A stretch of 39,911 bases of DNA from Candidatus Nanohaloarchaea archaeon (GCA_047617745.1 JBLGBN010000004.1:1-39911), one strand, 5' to 3'. Numbered from the stretch's first letter, positions 8,797 to 18,248 are shown. A program made the numbers and translations. Notes: generated by a model not told the origin, from the sequence alone.

Positions 8797-10548
8797 CTAT
8801 TCACCTTTGTTTAAAGCCATTTCATGGGCTTCTCTGTAATTTTTACCAAGTTTTTCCCAGGAGGTTAACTGTGCAAGTTTCCTGGCGTTGTGCTTTCTCT
8901 CCGTTATCTCTGTCTTCGAGTATGAAACAATATCCTCGATCATTTCCGCAAGGTTATCCGCTGCCTCGCTGTCCGGCACATCCTTTCTATCCAGCACTCT
9001 GATCCCTTTCCTGTTTTCCTTCTCTGTGTTATCGTAGAGGAACTTACCGAATCCTGCCATATCTGTTGTAATTGATAGCGCGCCGTTTGCTGCAGTTTCA
9101 ACAGGTGTATAGCCCCATGGCTCGTAGTAGCTAGGGAAAACTCCTGCGCTTGAAGCCACTATGGCATCGTTGTAGTCCATTGAAAGCAGTTTGTCTCCCC
9201 TTGACAGATAAGTTGGATAGAAAACAACCTTGACTCTGTCATCCTCCTTGTTCTCAAGACCGTTTTCATACAGCCTCTCAAGTATCTCATCATGAGGATA
9301 CGTCAAGTCGTATGCGCACGTCGGTGGACTGTCTCCTTTACTATGGAACTTCCTCTGTAGAGAGTCTACCGTCGAGGACGTGTCCTCAACCACTTCTTTC
9401 AGCGCTTCTCCAGGATCTCCCCCCGAAGTTAGCGAGTTCAGTAAATTGTTTCTGACTCTAGGATTGATGTCTTCAACATAATTTTTCAGTTCCTGATAGA
9501 GAGACATGTTCTCTAGCACTTCAGGTTTCGCACCTCGGACATCTGAGGGCACGAATATAAATACAAAGAAATCGTCTCCTTCATGTTCGTTTAGATCACC
9601 TAGGGCGTCTATAAACACGTCTAACCCTTTATTATGGAACTCGTACCTTCCTGATATAAACAGCACTCTTGGATCGTTCTCTAGGTCAATATCGTAGTAC
9701 GGTTCGAAATACGCTCTCAGGAACTCCTTCATCTTTTTCTTCTTCTGTTTGTGCTGGTAGGAAAGCTCTTCCAGGCTCGGGAAATCCTCAACATTGAACC
9801 CGTTCGGCAAGACCTTGTCCGGCTCCCTATCAAGCACAGCCTCTGCCTCTCTGGCTGTAGTATCACTTACTGTAGTGAATACTGATGAGTTCTGCGCTGC
9901 CATTTTCTCCACCTGATGCTTGGCCTTTACGCCGTACTCCTCTGCAAGAGAGTCATCTACTTCTCCCTGCTCCACTGCCTCCTGAAGATCATAATCCGAG
10001 TTGGAGAGCGCTCTCCCCAGAGCAGTAGCATGTGTGGTGAAAACAGAAGGAGAATCGAAATTCATCATTGCAGGACCTGAAAGCCATTCGTGAAGCTGTA
10101 CAACTGTTTCTCCCTCCATTTCCTCTTCGAGTGCTGATATAACCCTTCCAACTGCATAAGACCATCTTATCGGTTCATCGAAGTCTTCTCCTGCTCCGAG
10201 CGAATCAACTCCATTCTTTTCGTACATTTCCTCCTTGATCTCATCAGCAGTTTTATCCATTCCTGACGGGTCAACAAGTATACAGGTCGGCTGACTTGAA
10301 ATCATCCAGCTCCCACAGTGAATCTCTATACCATCCAGATCTCTTTTTTTAAGTGCCTCGATCTCTTTAGGGCATTTTGTAGGGTTGAAATCATCTCTTA
10401 CCGCCTCCTCATCGTACATACCTACTGTAACGTAGTTATCGTCATAGTAGTCTTTCATCTTGTACGATTTGGAGTTCAGAACCTGGTAAATGCCGCCTAC
10501 CTTGTTTGCTACTTCAAATGAGACCTCGATAAAGTTTTGCGGTTTCAC
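8797..10548 (-). CDS. Glycogen synthase, GT3 (fungal/animal-type) family
   Basis: EVANKVGGIY, HEW, FTTHAT, FTTVS, GRYEFHNKG and PSYYEPWGYTPVE motifs diagnostic of GT3. Confidence 0.9.
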   Translation of the reverse strand: MKPQNFIEVSFEVANKVGGIYQVLNSKSYKMKDYYDDNYVTVGMYDEEAVRDDFNPTKCPKEIEALKKRDLDGIEIHCGSWMISSQPTCILVDPSGMDKTADEIKEEMYEKNGVDSLGAGEDFDEPIRWSYAVGRVISALEEEMEGETVVQLHEWLSGPAMMNFDSPSVFTTHATALGRALSNSDYDLQEAVEQGEVDDSLAEEYGVKAKHQVEKMAAQNSSVFTTVSDTTAREAEAVLDREPDKVLPNGFNVEDFPSLEELSYQHKQKKKKMKEFLRAYFEPYYDIDLENDPRVLFISGRYEFHNKGLDVFIDALGDLNEHEGDDFFVFIFVPSDVRGAKPEVLENMSLYQELKNYVEDINPRVRNNLLNSLTSGGDPGEALKEVVEDTSSTVDSLQRKFHSKGDSPPTCAYDLTYPHDEILERLYENGLENKEDDRVKVVFYPTYLSRGDKLLSMDYNDAIVASSAGVFPSYYEPWGYTPVETAANGALSITTDMAGFGKFLYDNTEKENRKGIRVLDRKDVPDSEAADNLAEMIEDIVSYSKTEITERKHNARKLAQLTSWEKLGKNYREAHEMALNKGE

Positions 10549-10649
10549 GTCTAACCTTTCTTGCGCGTGTATAAAAACCTCCTCAAACCCGCTTACTACT
10601 CTAAAGTTAAAATACTGGTTTTTTAGTGTCTAGCGCTAAACTAAAACCT

Positions 10650-12419
10650 GTGAAATACACCCTCCACGAAGACCTATCAGATAAGAAAGGAGTAATATCA
10701 AACACCCACGGTTTTCTGGATAGAAGCCTTGATGGCGGTTTCAAAACCAAGTGGAGCGGCTACTGGGCGCCTCCATACAAGTTTCTGGATTATTTCAGCT
10801 TCCGCGTAAACGGTATCTGGCTGAACAAAGAACGGCTTGAAGCGGTAGAATACGGGAAAGAAATGGTTTACCACTATGAAACGGATTCTATGATAATACA
10901 TGAGAAAGTAAGCGCCCCTGAAAGCTTTCCCGGCCTGAAAATCGATCTGGAGCTGGAAAATAAGACCTCGGAGATGAAAGCCGTACAGATAGCGCTGGAG
11001 ACCGGTATCAATATCCGATCCAAAGACAAAGACGTGGAGGAAGGAAGTTACGCTGCAGAAACGGAAGAAAAGCGAATTCTGGTATCCAGAAATGGCAGAA
11101 AACTGGCGGTAGAATCCGCAGGGATCTCCGGATTTGAAGGTGAAAGATTCACTAGAGAACATTATCCAGGGGAGAAACAGGTATGTCTTGTTCCTGAGAA
11201 ACCGGTTTTCCGCAGAGAGATAGAAGGTGGCGGAAAAGAAGACATAGAGATCAAATTCAAAACATCTGAAGGAGTTTTTGACAGAGTTGACTCGGTAGAA
11301 AACGACCTAGAACACAAACTGGGGCGAAGTTTTCAGTGCAGCGTCAACAGTCTGGAAAACATGATCTACAGCCGGAACGGAACCGGAGTGATAGCCGGAC
11401 ACCCATGGTTCCAGAGCTACTGGGCGCGGGACAGTTTCTGGTCAGTACTCGGATTGATCGATGCAGGCTACTTTGAGACCTCTGAAAAGATACTGGAGAA
11501 TTTTGCAGAAAACGATCTGGCCGGAAAAATAGACCTGGAGAAAGGCCCGGAAAACGACCTTGATAGAGACGATACAGGTCCGCTCTTCATAATAGCCTCA
11601 GAAAAACTGAGGAGGCATTATGGCATAACAGAGAAGATAGAAAAGGCTCGGGAAAAGGCAATGGGCGAGCTAGAACTCGAAGACAACGTAGTTCAGCATT
11701 CACCGTGCGGAACCTGGATGGATACCATCAAACGAAGCAACGCTGTCGACATACAGGCTCTCTGGCTGGAGGCTGCAAGGATTATGGATGACGATAGACA
11801 GGGAGAGCTTGAGGAAGGGATGAAGAGGTTTAAGAACGAAGGATACCTCAAAGACGAACTCGGAGAAAGCCATCAAACAGTCAATACAGCCATACCTCTG
11901 ATGTTCGGCCACTTAGATAGAAAGACAGCTCGGAAAGAGCTGGAAAGGATCAACGGAGAGTTTTCTTCACGTTACGGCGCCAGAACACGATCAGTAACCG
12001 ACCCAGGCTATGATTCTTCCGGCTACCACACCGGCAGTGTATGGGGATTGACCACCTGCTGGGCTGCAGCAGCTAACTTCAGATACGGGAAAGACAAGGA
12101 AGGATGTAACTTCCTCGAGAAGCTTGAACAATTCCTCGACAGAAACCAGCCAGGGGCGTTACCGGAAGTGGTTGACGCAGAATCAGGAGAATTGCTTGGA
12201 ACCCCTGAGCAGACCTGGAGTGCCGGGATGTTTGTACATATAATTGATAGCTACATGCTGGGTATAGAAGTGTATGAAGATTATATCGAGATCAATCCTG
12301 CCGAAGGCCTAAGTTGCACCAGAAAAGGAAAGAACATACGTGGTGAAAGACTCGACCTCAGAATAGAGAACGGAGATATAGAGGTTCTAAACGACCCTGA
12401 TCTCGACTTGCGGATATAA
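10650..12419 (+). CDS. Amylo-alpha-1,6-glucosidase (glycogen debranching enzyme, GH133-like)
   Basis: IAGHPWF...WARDS, TWMDT, YHTGSVW and QTWSAG motifs; alternative GTG start at 10626. Confidence 0.85.
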   Translation: MKYTLHEDLSDKKGVISNTHGFLDRSLDGGFKTKWSGYWAPPYKFLDYFSFRVNGIWLNKERLEAVEYGKEMVYHYETDSMIIHEKVSAPESFPGLKIDLELENKTSEMKAVQIALETGINIRSKDKDVEEGSYAAETEEKRILVSRNGRKLAVESAGISGFEGERFTREHYPGEKQVCLVPEKPVFRREIEGGGKEDIEIKFKTSEGVFDRVDSVENDLEHKLGRSFQCSVNSLENMIYSRNGTGVIAGHPWFQSYWARDSFWSVLGLIDAGYFETSEKILENFAENDLAGKIDLEKGPENDLDRDDTGPLFIIASEKLRRHYGITEKIEKAREKAMGELELEDNVVQHSPCGTWMDTIKRSNAVDIQALWLEAARIMDDDRQGELEEGMKRFKNEGYLKDELGESHQTVNTAIPLMFGHLDRKTARKELERINGEFSSRYGARTRSVTDPGYDSSGYHTGSVWGLTTCWAAAANFRYGKDKEGCNFLEKLEQFLDRNQPGALPEVVDAESGELLGTPEQTWSAGMFVHIIDSYMLGIEVYEDYIEINPAEGLSCTRKGKNIRGERLDLRIENGDIEVLNDPDLDLRI

Positions 12420-12457
12420 AAACCGGAAAAACGGAAACCTAAAACAGGGCGAAACTA

Positions 12458-13096
12458 ATGATAATAGTAAACTTCAAGGCGTACAGAGAAGCTCAAGGGG
12501 AAAAAGCCAGGGAAATATCGAAAAAATGCCGGAAAGCAGCAGAAGAAACAGGAGAAGAAGTTATTGTGTGCCCCTCTCCGCAGGATACAAGACCCATAAA
12601 CGAAGAAGGACCGGAGACTTTCTCACAGCACATTGACCCTGTAAAACCAGGAAGCCATACAGGAAGCGTGACAGCTGAAGGAATGAAAGGAGCAGGCGTA
12701 TCTGGCACCCTTCTAAACCACTCGGAGAAAAGAATAGAGCGGGAAGAGATCAAAGCATCAATAGAACTCTGCCAGGAGCACAACCTTACCACCGTAGTAT
12801 GCGCACAGACCCCTGAAGAATGCTCACAGCTAAGCAAGCTGGAACCGGATTATATCGCTTTTGAACCTCCCGAGTTGATCGGAGGAGATACTTCGGTTTC
12901 AGAAGCTAAACCTGAGCTTATAGAAAAAGCTGTTAGAAGCTCCAGCGTACCCCTGCTAACCGGCGCAGGTATCAAAACCCGCGAAGACGTCGAAAAAAGT
13001 ATAGAACATGGATGCAAGGGGGTGCTGGTTGCGTCAGGCGTAGTTAAAGCCGATGATGTTTACGAGGAGGTGAAAGATCTCTGCCAAGGACTCTAG
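12458..13096 (+). CDS. tpiA: Triosephosphate isomerase (archaeal short type)
   Basis: VNFK, GSHTG, LNHSE, FEPPELIG, GAGI and LVASG motifs. Confidence 0.95.
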   Translation: MIIVNFKAYREAQGEKAREISKKCRKAAEETGEEVIVCPSPQDTRPINEEGPETFSQHIDPVKPGSHTGSVTAEGMKGAGVSGTLLNHSEKRIEREEIKASIELCQEHNLTTVVCAQTPEECSQLSKLEPDYIAFEPPELIGGDTSVSEAKPELIEKAVRSSSVPLLTGAGIKTREDVEKSIEHGCKGVLVASGVVKADDVYEEVKDLCQGL

Positions 13097-14343
13097 AAGA
13101 ACAATGGGTTGAAAAATACCGGAAAAGTATCAGGCTGGTAGAAAAAACACCGGCCGTATTCACAGGTTTCAACACCAACATAGATGTGGTCCACACCAGA
13201 GCCATCGAGACAGATCAGCCTCCGAAACTTGAGAACCCTGTCGAGTCAATTGCTGAACTGAAGGCCGCGCTAAAGTACTGCAAAAACAGAGGTGAAAACC
13301 ATGAAGTTGACTATACAGGTATAGAACCTTCTGGAGGCAAAAAATACATAGGAGGTCAGGGAGGAATTATCTCCAACTTTCTGGCGGAGACAGACAGCGA
13401 AGTAATACTTTACACCCCTCATCTATCATCAGAGCTTGTGGAGATGATGAATGAGAAAATACTTTATCCGGTTAAGGAAGACGGCGAATTCTACCTTAAA
13501 AATGTACAGGACGCCGTGAACTCAGATAAAACCAAGAGAAACCACATTTTCGAATTCGAAGGCGACAGAAGTGGAAGACTTATACTCTCCGGAAGGCTCA
13601 AAGGTTACGGTCCGTATCTCCCAAAGGATATCGAAAAAGAACTTTCTTTGATCCAGGAGAATATCGACTGCTGCATAATGTCTGGTTTCCACAATGTAAC
13701 AGGAAATAAAACAGCGAAACTGAAACGTTCCGGTTTACAGCTTGCCGAGATCGATAAACCCGTACACGTTGAATACGTGCACAAAGATGACAAAACCGCT
13801 GAGCTGATAGCAGAATATGTTATACCTGAGGCTGATAGTCTGGGACTGGATGAGACAGAGATTAGAGAAATTGCAGGTATACTAGGTCTAGAATGCCCGG
13901 AAGAACTAAACTTCGGCGAGGCGTTCAGCCTGATCAAAAAACTGCTTGAAGAACTGGATTTATCACGTATACATTTGCATACCTACACTTACCACATTAC
14001 AGTCGTTGAAGAAAGCTACCCTGTAGAACCCGGGAAAATTCGGGGATCTATGCTTTACGGTGAGCTCTCGGCCATCCAGTCGGCGGAGAAAGATGGTATA
14101 CCCAGCAAAGACGATATAAGAGGGTTTAATATGGAAGACAAAAGAATACAGGATCTCCAGGAGCTCAAGGATTTTGGAGAATTCCATAGTATTGAAGGTT
14201 TCGAAGAAGAAGGAACCGCTCAGGTAGACGGATTTAAAGTTGTAGGAATACCGATAATCAACCATGTTGACCCTGCTAGAACAGTTGGTATGGGCGACAT
14301 AATATCGTCCGGCGCTTTCAGTATGGAATCAATGAACCGCTGA
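13081..14343 (+). CDS. ADP-dependent glucokinase/phosphofructokinase, probable CTG start
   Basis: GGQGGI, HVEY, DSLGLDETE, HLHT and TVGMGDIISSG motifs; the family N-terminal motif GFNTNID lies in frame upstream of the ORF-track start (13186); GGAGGTGA at 13066-13073 sits 7 nt before CTG 13081. Confidence 0.85.
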   Translation: MPRTLEEQWVEKYRKSIRLVEKTPAVFTGFNTNIDVVHTRAIETDQPPKLENPVESIAELKAALKYCKNRGENHEVDYTGIEPSGGKKYIGGQGGIISNFLAETDSEVILYTPHLSSELVEMMNEKILYPVKEDGEFYLKNVQDAVNSDKTKRNHIFEFEGDRSGRLILSGRLKGYGPYLPKDIEKELSLIQENIDCCIMSGFHNVTGNKTAKLKRSGLQLAEIDKPVHVEYVHKDDKTAELIAEYVIPEADSLGLDETEIREIAGILGLECPEELNFGEAFSLIKKLLEELDLSRIHLHTYTYHITVVEESYPVEPGKIRGSMLYGELSAIQSAEKDGIPSKDDIRGFNMEDKRIQDLQELKDFGEFHSIEGFEEEGTAQVDGFKVVGIPIINHVDPARTVGMGDIISSGAFSMESMNR

Positions 14344-14345
14344 CG

Positions 14346-15680
14346 CTATGAATACTTCTTAATTAGATTCCTGACCTCTGTTTCTACCTCATTAAGTATC
14401 TTCTCGACATCACTCTCTGTATCGCCTTCGCACCTGACAGACATTTTCTCCTCAGTATTGGAGGGTCTTACCAGCGCCCAGCCGTTTTCAAATATGATCT
14501 TGGCGCCGTCTATCGTAGAGACATCATGATCGGAGTAAACATCCTTGATATCCGAGACAACTTTCTCCTTAGCCTCCTCAGGACAGTCAATTCTCAGCTC
14601 GGGTGAAACCGGATAATCCGGATAGTTATCAAGTATATCTCTAACGTCTTTCCTTGAAACCATGAAGCACATTAGCGCTGCCGCAAATATTCCGTCGTCG
14701 AACGGAAAACCGTAGACGGGGAAGTAGTAGTGACCGGAAAGCTCTCCAGCGAAAACAATTTCCTCATCGGAATGAATTGACTCGGAGATAAATGTGTGAC
14801 CTACTTTTGTCTCAACGGGCTCTCCGCCAAACTCCCTAATCTTCTCTGGAACCAGTTTCGAGGCTCTAAGATCGTGAACAACCTTCCCTTTCTCTTTTTC
14901 AAGGCATTGCTGTGAGAAAAGCGCCAACACCTCATCCTCTGGGATATATCCGTGTTCGGGCAGGATAAAGCCTGCTCTATCGCCATCCCCGTCAAAGATT
15001 ATCCCAAGATCCTCATCCGTCATTTTCCTCTCTAGAGCCTTCTTGGCTTCATTATTTGTTGGATCCGGAAGATGGTTGGGGAAATCACCATCAATCTCAT
15101 TATTAACAGCCTCAACATCACAGCCAATAGCCTCCAGAACTTCCCCACCTATATCAGCGGTAACACCGTTACCAAAGTTTACAGCGACATCAAGCCCGGT
15201 CTCCATCTCGAATCTTTCCTGGATAGCCTCGATATAGCTTTCAGAAACATCGATTTCTGTCTTCGATCCTTTACCTTTATCGAAATCCTCAGAGATATAT
15301 ATTTGCTCTATTTCTTTCATGCCGCCCTCCCGGGACATCGCCAGGGCGTTTTCCTTGCAGAACTTGAAACCTGTGTATTCAGGAGGATTATGAGATGCAG
15401 TTACAACAGCTGAAGCCTTTACCCCTCTTTCTCTCATAGCATAGTAAATTACAGGGCTTGGAACCATTCCAGCATCCACGACATTAACTCCTGTCGATTT
15501 AACCCCCTGGATAAACGCCTCAGTAATTTCTTTTCCATGCGTCCTTCCGTCTCTGCCCACCAGAACTTCATCAGCGTCGGTAACTGTTCCAAATGCTTTC
15601 CCCACCTTTTCAGCTTCCATCTGCCCAATTTCATCAGGGTATTTCCCTCTAAGGTCGTAGGCATGGAAAAACGAGACCAT
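14346..15680 (-). CDS. Phosphoglucomutase/phosphomannomutase
   Basis: YDLRG, TASHNP (phosphoserine loop), FDGDGDR (metal loop), GELSGH and RPSNTE motifs. Confidence 0.95.
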   Translation of the reverse strand: MVSFFHAYDLRGKYPDEIGQMEAEKVGKAFGTVTDADEVLVGRDGRTHGKEITEAFIQGVKSTGVNVVDAGMVPSPVIYYAMRERGVKASAVVTASHNPPEYTGFKFCKENALAMSREGGMKEIEQIYISEDFDKGKGSKTEIDVSESYIEAIQERFEMETGLDVAVNFGNGVTADIGGEVLEAIGCDVEAVNNEIDGDFPNHLPDPTNNEAKKALERKMTDEDLGIIFDGDGDRAGFILPEHGYIPEDEVLALFSQQCLEKEKGKVVHDLRASKLVPEKIREFGGEPVETKVGHTFISESIHSDEEIVFAGELSGHYYFPVYGFPFDDGIFAAALMCFMVSRKDVRDILDNYPDYPVSPELRIDCPEEAKEKVVSDIKDVYSDHDVSTIDGAKIIFENGWALVRPSNTEEKMSVRCEGDTESDVEKILNEVETEVRNLIKKYS

Positions 15681-15684
15681 TCAA

Positions 15685-16203
15685 TCACCAGTAGTCTTCC
15701 AGAATATCTGCTCTCTCTTCGTATTCTTCTCTCATCTGCACGATCGACTTCTTCATAACCTTGGTGTTGAGAGAAGTCTCCATAAAACCTCTATCCTTCT
15801 CGTAAATCGGGACTAGCTGAACGTGAAGATGCGGGATTGACTCTCCGGCAGCTTTGCCTATATTCATACCTACATCGATTCCTGCTGGCTCGACTACCTC
15901 TTTCTGGAGCTCCTCGACTTTTGCAACCATCTTGAACAGACGGTTTCTCTCCTCATCCTCAAGATCTACCATCGAGTTGACATGCCTCTTCGGTATAACC
16001 ATCAGGTGGCCGGTGTTGTACGGGAAAATGTTCAGCTCTACCATCAGGAAGTCGTCTTCAAATATTGTTTCCTTGCTGACCCTTTCATCGTCCTCTGCCT
16101 GAGCACAGAAAATACAGTCGATGTCTTCAGGTATTTCGTTTGCCTCGTATTCATCTCTTTTCGGGCTCCAGAGATACTGTTCGTACGGCTTCAAATCTGT
16201 CAT
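15685..16203 (-). CDS. HIT-superfamily nucleotidyl transferase/phosphorylase with an HxHxQ motif
   Basis: CIFC, NIFPYNTGHLMVIP and GMNIGKAAGESIPHLHVQLVP. Confidence 0.85.
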   Translation of the reverse strand: MTDLKPYEQYLWSPKRDEYEANEIPEDIDCIFCAQAEDDERVSKETIFEDDFLMVELNIFPYNTGHLMVIPKRHVNSMVDLEDEERNRLFKMVAKVEELQKEVVEPAGIDVGMNIGKAAGESIPHLHVQLVPIYEKDRGFMETSLNTKVMKKSIVQMREEYEERADILEDYW

Positions 16204-16292
16204 AACCTTGAATTGGGTAAACCAGGATTTAAGGCTGCGGGTTGTAGAGTGAACAAATTACGAGGATTTGAAAGAATAATTTAAGAGCGCCC

Positions 16293-17054
16293 CTAGATAG
16301 GCGAAACGTCCTGAAGCCTCATCTTCAGACGTTTCTGAAGCGGTCTCTTTGGCGGCTCACGGCCCTTGATCCTGTGGGCTACATCCTTGACTGCGTAAGA
16401 AGCCTTTGAATCCGGTTTGTAGTCAACAACCGGCTTTCTGAGAGCAATACCTTCTCGAACATGTTTATGGTCGGGTATCTTTCCAATTATCTCCTCACCG
16501 ACAAGATCCTTGATATCCTCATGTTCAACCTCGGATTTCTCGTCTCTAACCATGTTCATAACTAACCCGATAACATCTCTATCCATCTCCTCCGCCAGTT
16601 TCTTCGCTCCCAGAGTGTTTGTAAGTGCAGGGAGTTCAGGATGTGAAACAAGTAACACTTCATCAGAGGTCTCGATAGCTGCCTGGACCTCGTCATCGGT
16701 TCCAGCTGCAGCATCAATTAAAACAAAATCCTTGTCTCCAAGAAAATCAACTATTGAATGTTTCAGATTATCTGCCTGGCCGTTGAATTCAAGCACTGAA
16801 GCTGGTAGCACTGATACTCCTGCAGGATGCTTGGCTACCGCCTGCGTAATGTATGCATCGCCTTCGAGAACGTCATTTAATGAAACATCTTGGAAGCCGA
16901 TTCCAAAATGCTGTGCGATATTCGCCCCGGTGAAGTTACCATCTATTATTAGAACATCCTCATCCTGTTTGGAGAGCGCGACACCGAGATTTGCGGTAAG
17001 AGTGGTTTTTCCCGCGCCTCCTTTACCGGAGACAACTGATATCACACGTGTCAT
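16293..17054 (-). CDS. minD: MinD/ParA family ATPase (paralog 2)
   Basis: Deviant Walker A SGKGGAGKTT, LIDAAAG, basic C-terminal helix. Confidence 0.85.
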   Translation of the reverse strand: MTRVISVVSGKGGAGKTTLTANLGVALSKQDEDVLIIDGNFTGANIAQHFGIGFQDVSLNDVLEGDAYITQAVAKHPAGVSVLPASVLEFNGQADNLKHSIVDFLGDKDFVLIDAAAGTDDEVQAAIETSDEVLLVSHPELPALTNTLGAKKLAEEMDRDVIGLVMNMVRDEKSEVEHEDIKDLVGEEIIGKIPDHKHVREGIALRKPVVDYKPDSKASYAVKDVAHRIKGREPPKRPLQKRLKMRLQDVSPI

Positions 17055-17088
17055 AAAGTTGAATTATCCAGCCTCCAATAAAAGAGTA

Positions 17089-17481
17089 TCACCTGTAACT
17101 GAATGGAGTTTCACAGCTATCAACAAAAACATAGGTGTTTGAATAACCGGTTCCATTTACCCGGGCTGTTTGAATAGTATTCTTTTCGATACTCTGAAGC
17201 CGCACCGAGGAATTACTCTCGCCGCGGAAACTTACATCAACTTTATCTGCATACTCATTGATCTGGAACGTTAGAACCGTTGAATCATCATCTTCACGGA
17301 AACCGATAAAATCAACATTGATCTGACTGCATTGAATAGCTGATCTCTGATCCATCATAGCGTCATCCCCTGTGTCCTGTATAGACCCTGAGGCCCAGTT
17401 ATACATGAAAAAACCAAAGCCTGCTATGAATACAAACAGAAGAATAGTTCCCGGCTTGAACTTTAACTGGCCTTTACTCAT
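17089..17481 (-). CDS. Pilin-like membrane-anchored protein (putative class III signal peptide)
   Basis: MSKG|Q followed by a hydrophobic helix (TILLFVFIAGFGFFMYNWA) and a beta-rich domain with 2 Cys; TAATG overlap with the upstream MinD stop. Confidence 0.6.
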   Translation of the reverse strand: MSKGQLKFKPGTILLFVFIAGFGFFMYNWASGSIQDTGDDAMMDQRSAIQCSQINVDFIGFREDDDSTVLTFQINEYADKVDVSFRGESNSSVRLQSIEKNTIQTARVNGTGYSNTYVFVDSCETPFSYR

Positions 17482-18248
17482 TACTTCAACTTATTGATCA
17501 TCTTGGTGAAAAAGCCTTCCTCTCTTAGATCGGGTTCGTAATCAAGTCCTGCTACCTCTGCCGCAACAGCCTTGAATCTTTCAGAAACATGGTGATCTGG
17601 CGCGTGGTGTACCATCGGCTTCTTCACTGCGAGAGCTTCCTGAACTTTCTCGTGCTCCGGAACCTGCATAATTACTGGATGTCCAAGCATCGACTCGATT
17701 TCATCCTCATCAAGCTCGGATTCGTGTCCAGTAGCTCTGTTAACAACAACACCTAGAACATCAGTTCCTGCCTCCTCAGCAATATTGACTGTTTTCAGCG
17801 CGTCTGTTACAGCAGGAAGGTTTGGATTGGTAACTACAAGAACTTCGTCCGAGGCCTCGATTGCGTTGATTGATTCGTTTCCAAGACCTGCCGCCGAGTC
17901 AACAAGAACGAAATCAGGTTCTCCTACAGTGTCGAGAAGAACATCGGAGAGATTCTCTGGTGATGTATCTACCAAGTCCTCGATTGATAGACCCGCTGGA
18001 ACAACGCGAAGACCTGAGTTGTGGATGTACATCGCCTCGGTTATATGTGCGTCACCCTTCAGTACATCGTGAAGAGTATTTGGATAGAGCGGGATCCCAA
18101 GGTGGAAGCCCAGATTCGGGTTAGTAAGATTAGCGTCGAGAACAATGGTGTCAGTACCGAACTGGGTCAAAGCTGCACCCAAATTGGATGTTACTGTGGT
18201 TTTCCCAGTACCTCCTTTGCCACTACTTACACATACAAGGCGGGTCAT
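17481..18248 (-). CDS. minD: MinD/ParA family ATPase (paralog 1)
   Basis: SGKGGTGKTT, VLDANLTNPNL, VDSAAG and a C-terminal amphipathic helix GFFTKMINKLK; ATG 18248 (MTRLV) matches the paralog's MTRVI start. Confidence 0.88.
   Translation of the reverse strand: MTRLVCVSSGKGGTGKTTVTSNLGAALTQFGTDTIVLDANLTNPNLGFHLGIPLYPNTLHDVLKGDAHITEAMYIHNSGLRVVPAGLSIEDLVDTSPENLSDVLLDTVGEPDFVLVDSAAGLGNESINAIEASDEVLVVTNPNLPAVTDALKTVNIAEEAGTDVLGVVVNRATGHESELDEDEIESMLGHPVIMQVPEHEKVQEALAVKKPMVHHAPDHHVSERFKAVAAEVAGLDYEPDLREEGFFTKMINKLK

Noticed and set aside
13054..13186. ADP-dependent kinase as a pseudogene or frameshift fusion with tpiA
   Set aside because: The frame is intact from 13057 to the stop, tpiA ends normally, no slippery site is apparent, and a well-spaced SD plus CTG explains it more simply
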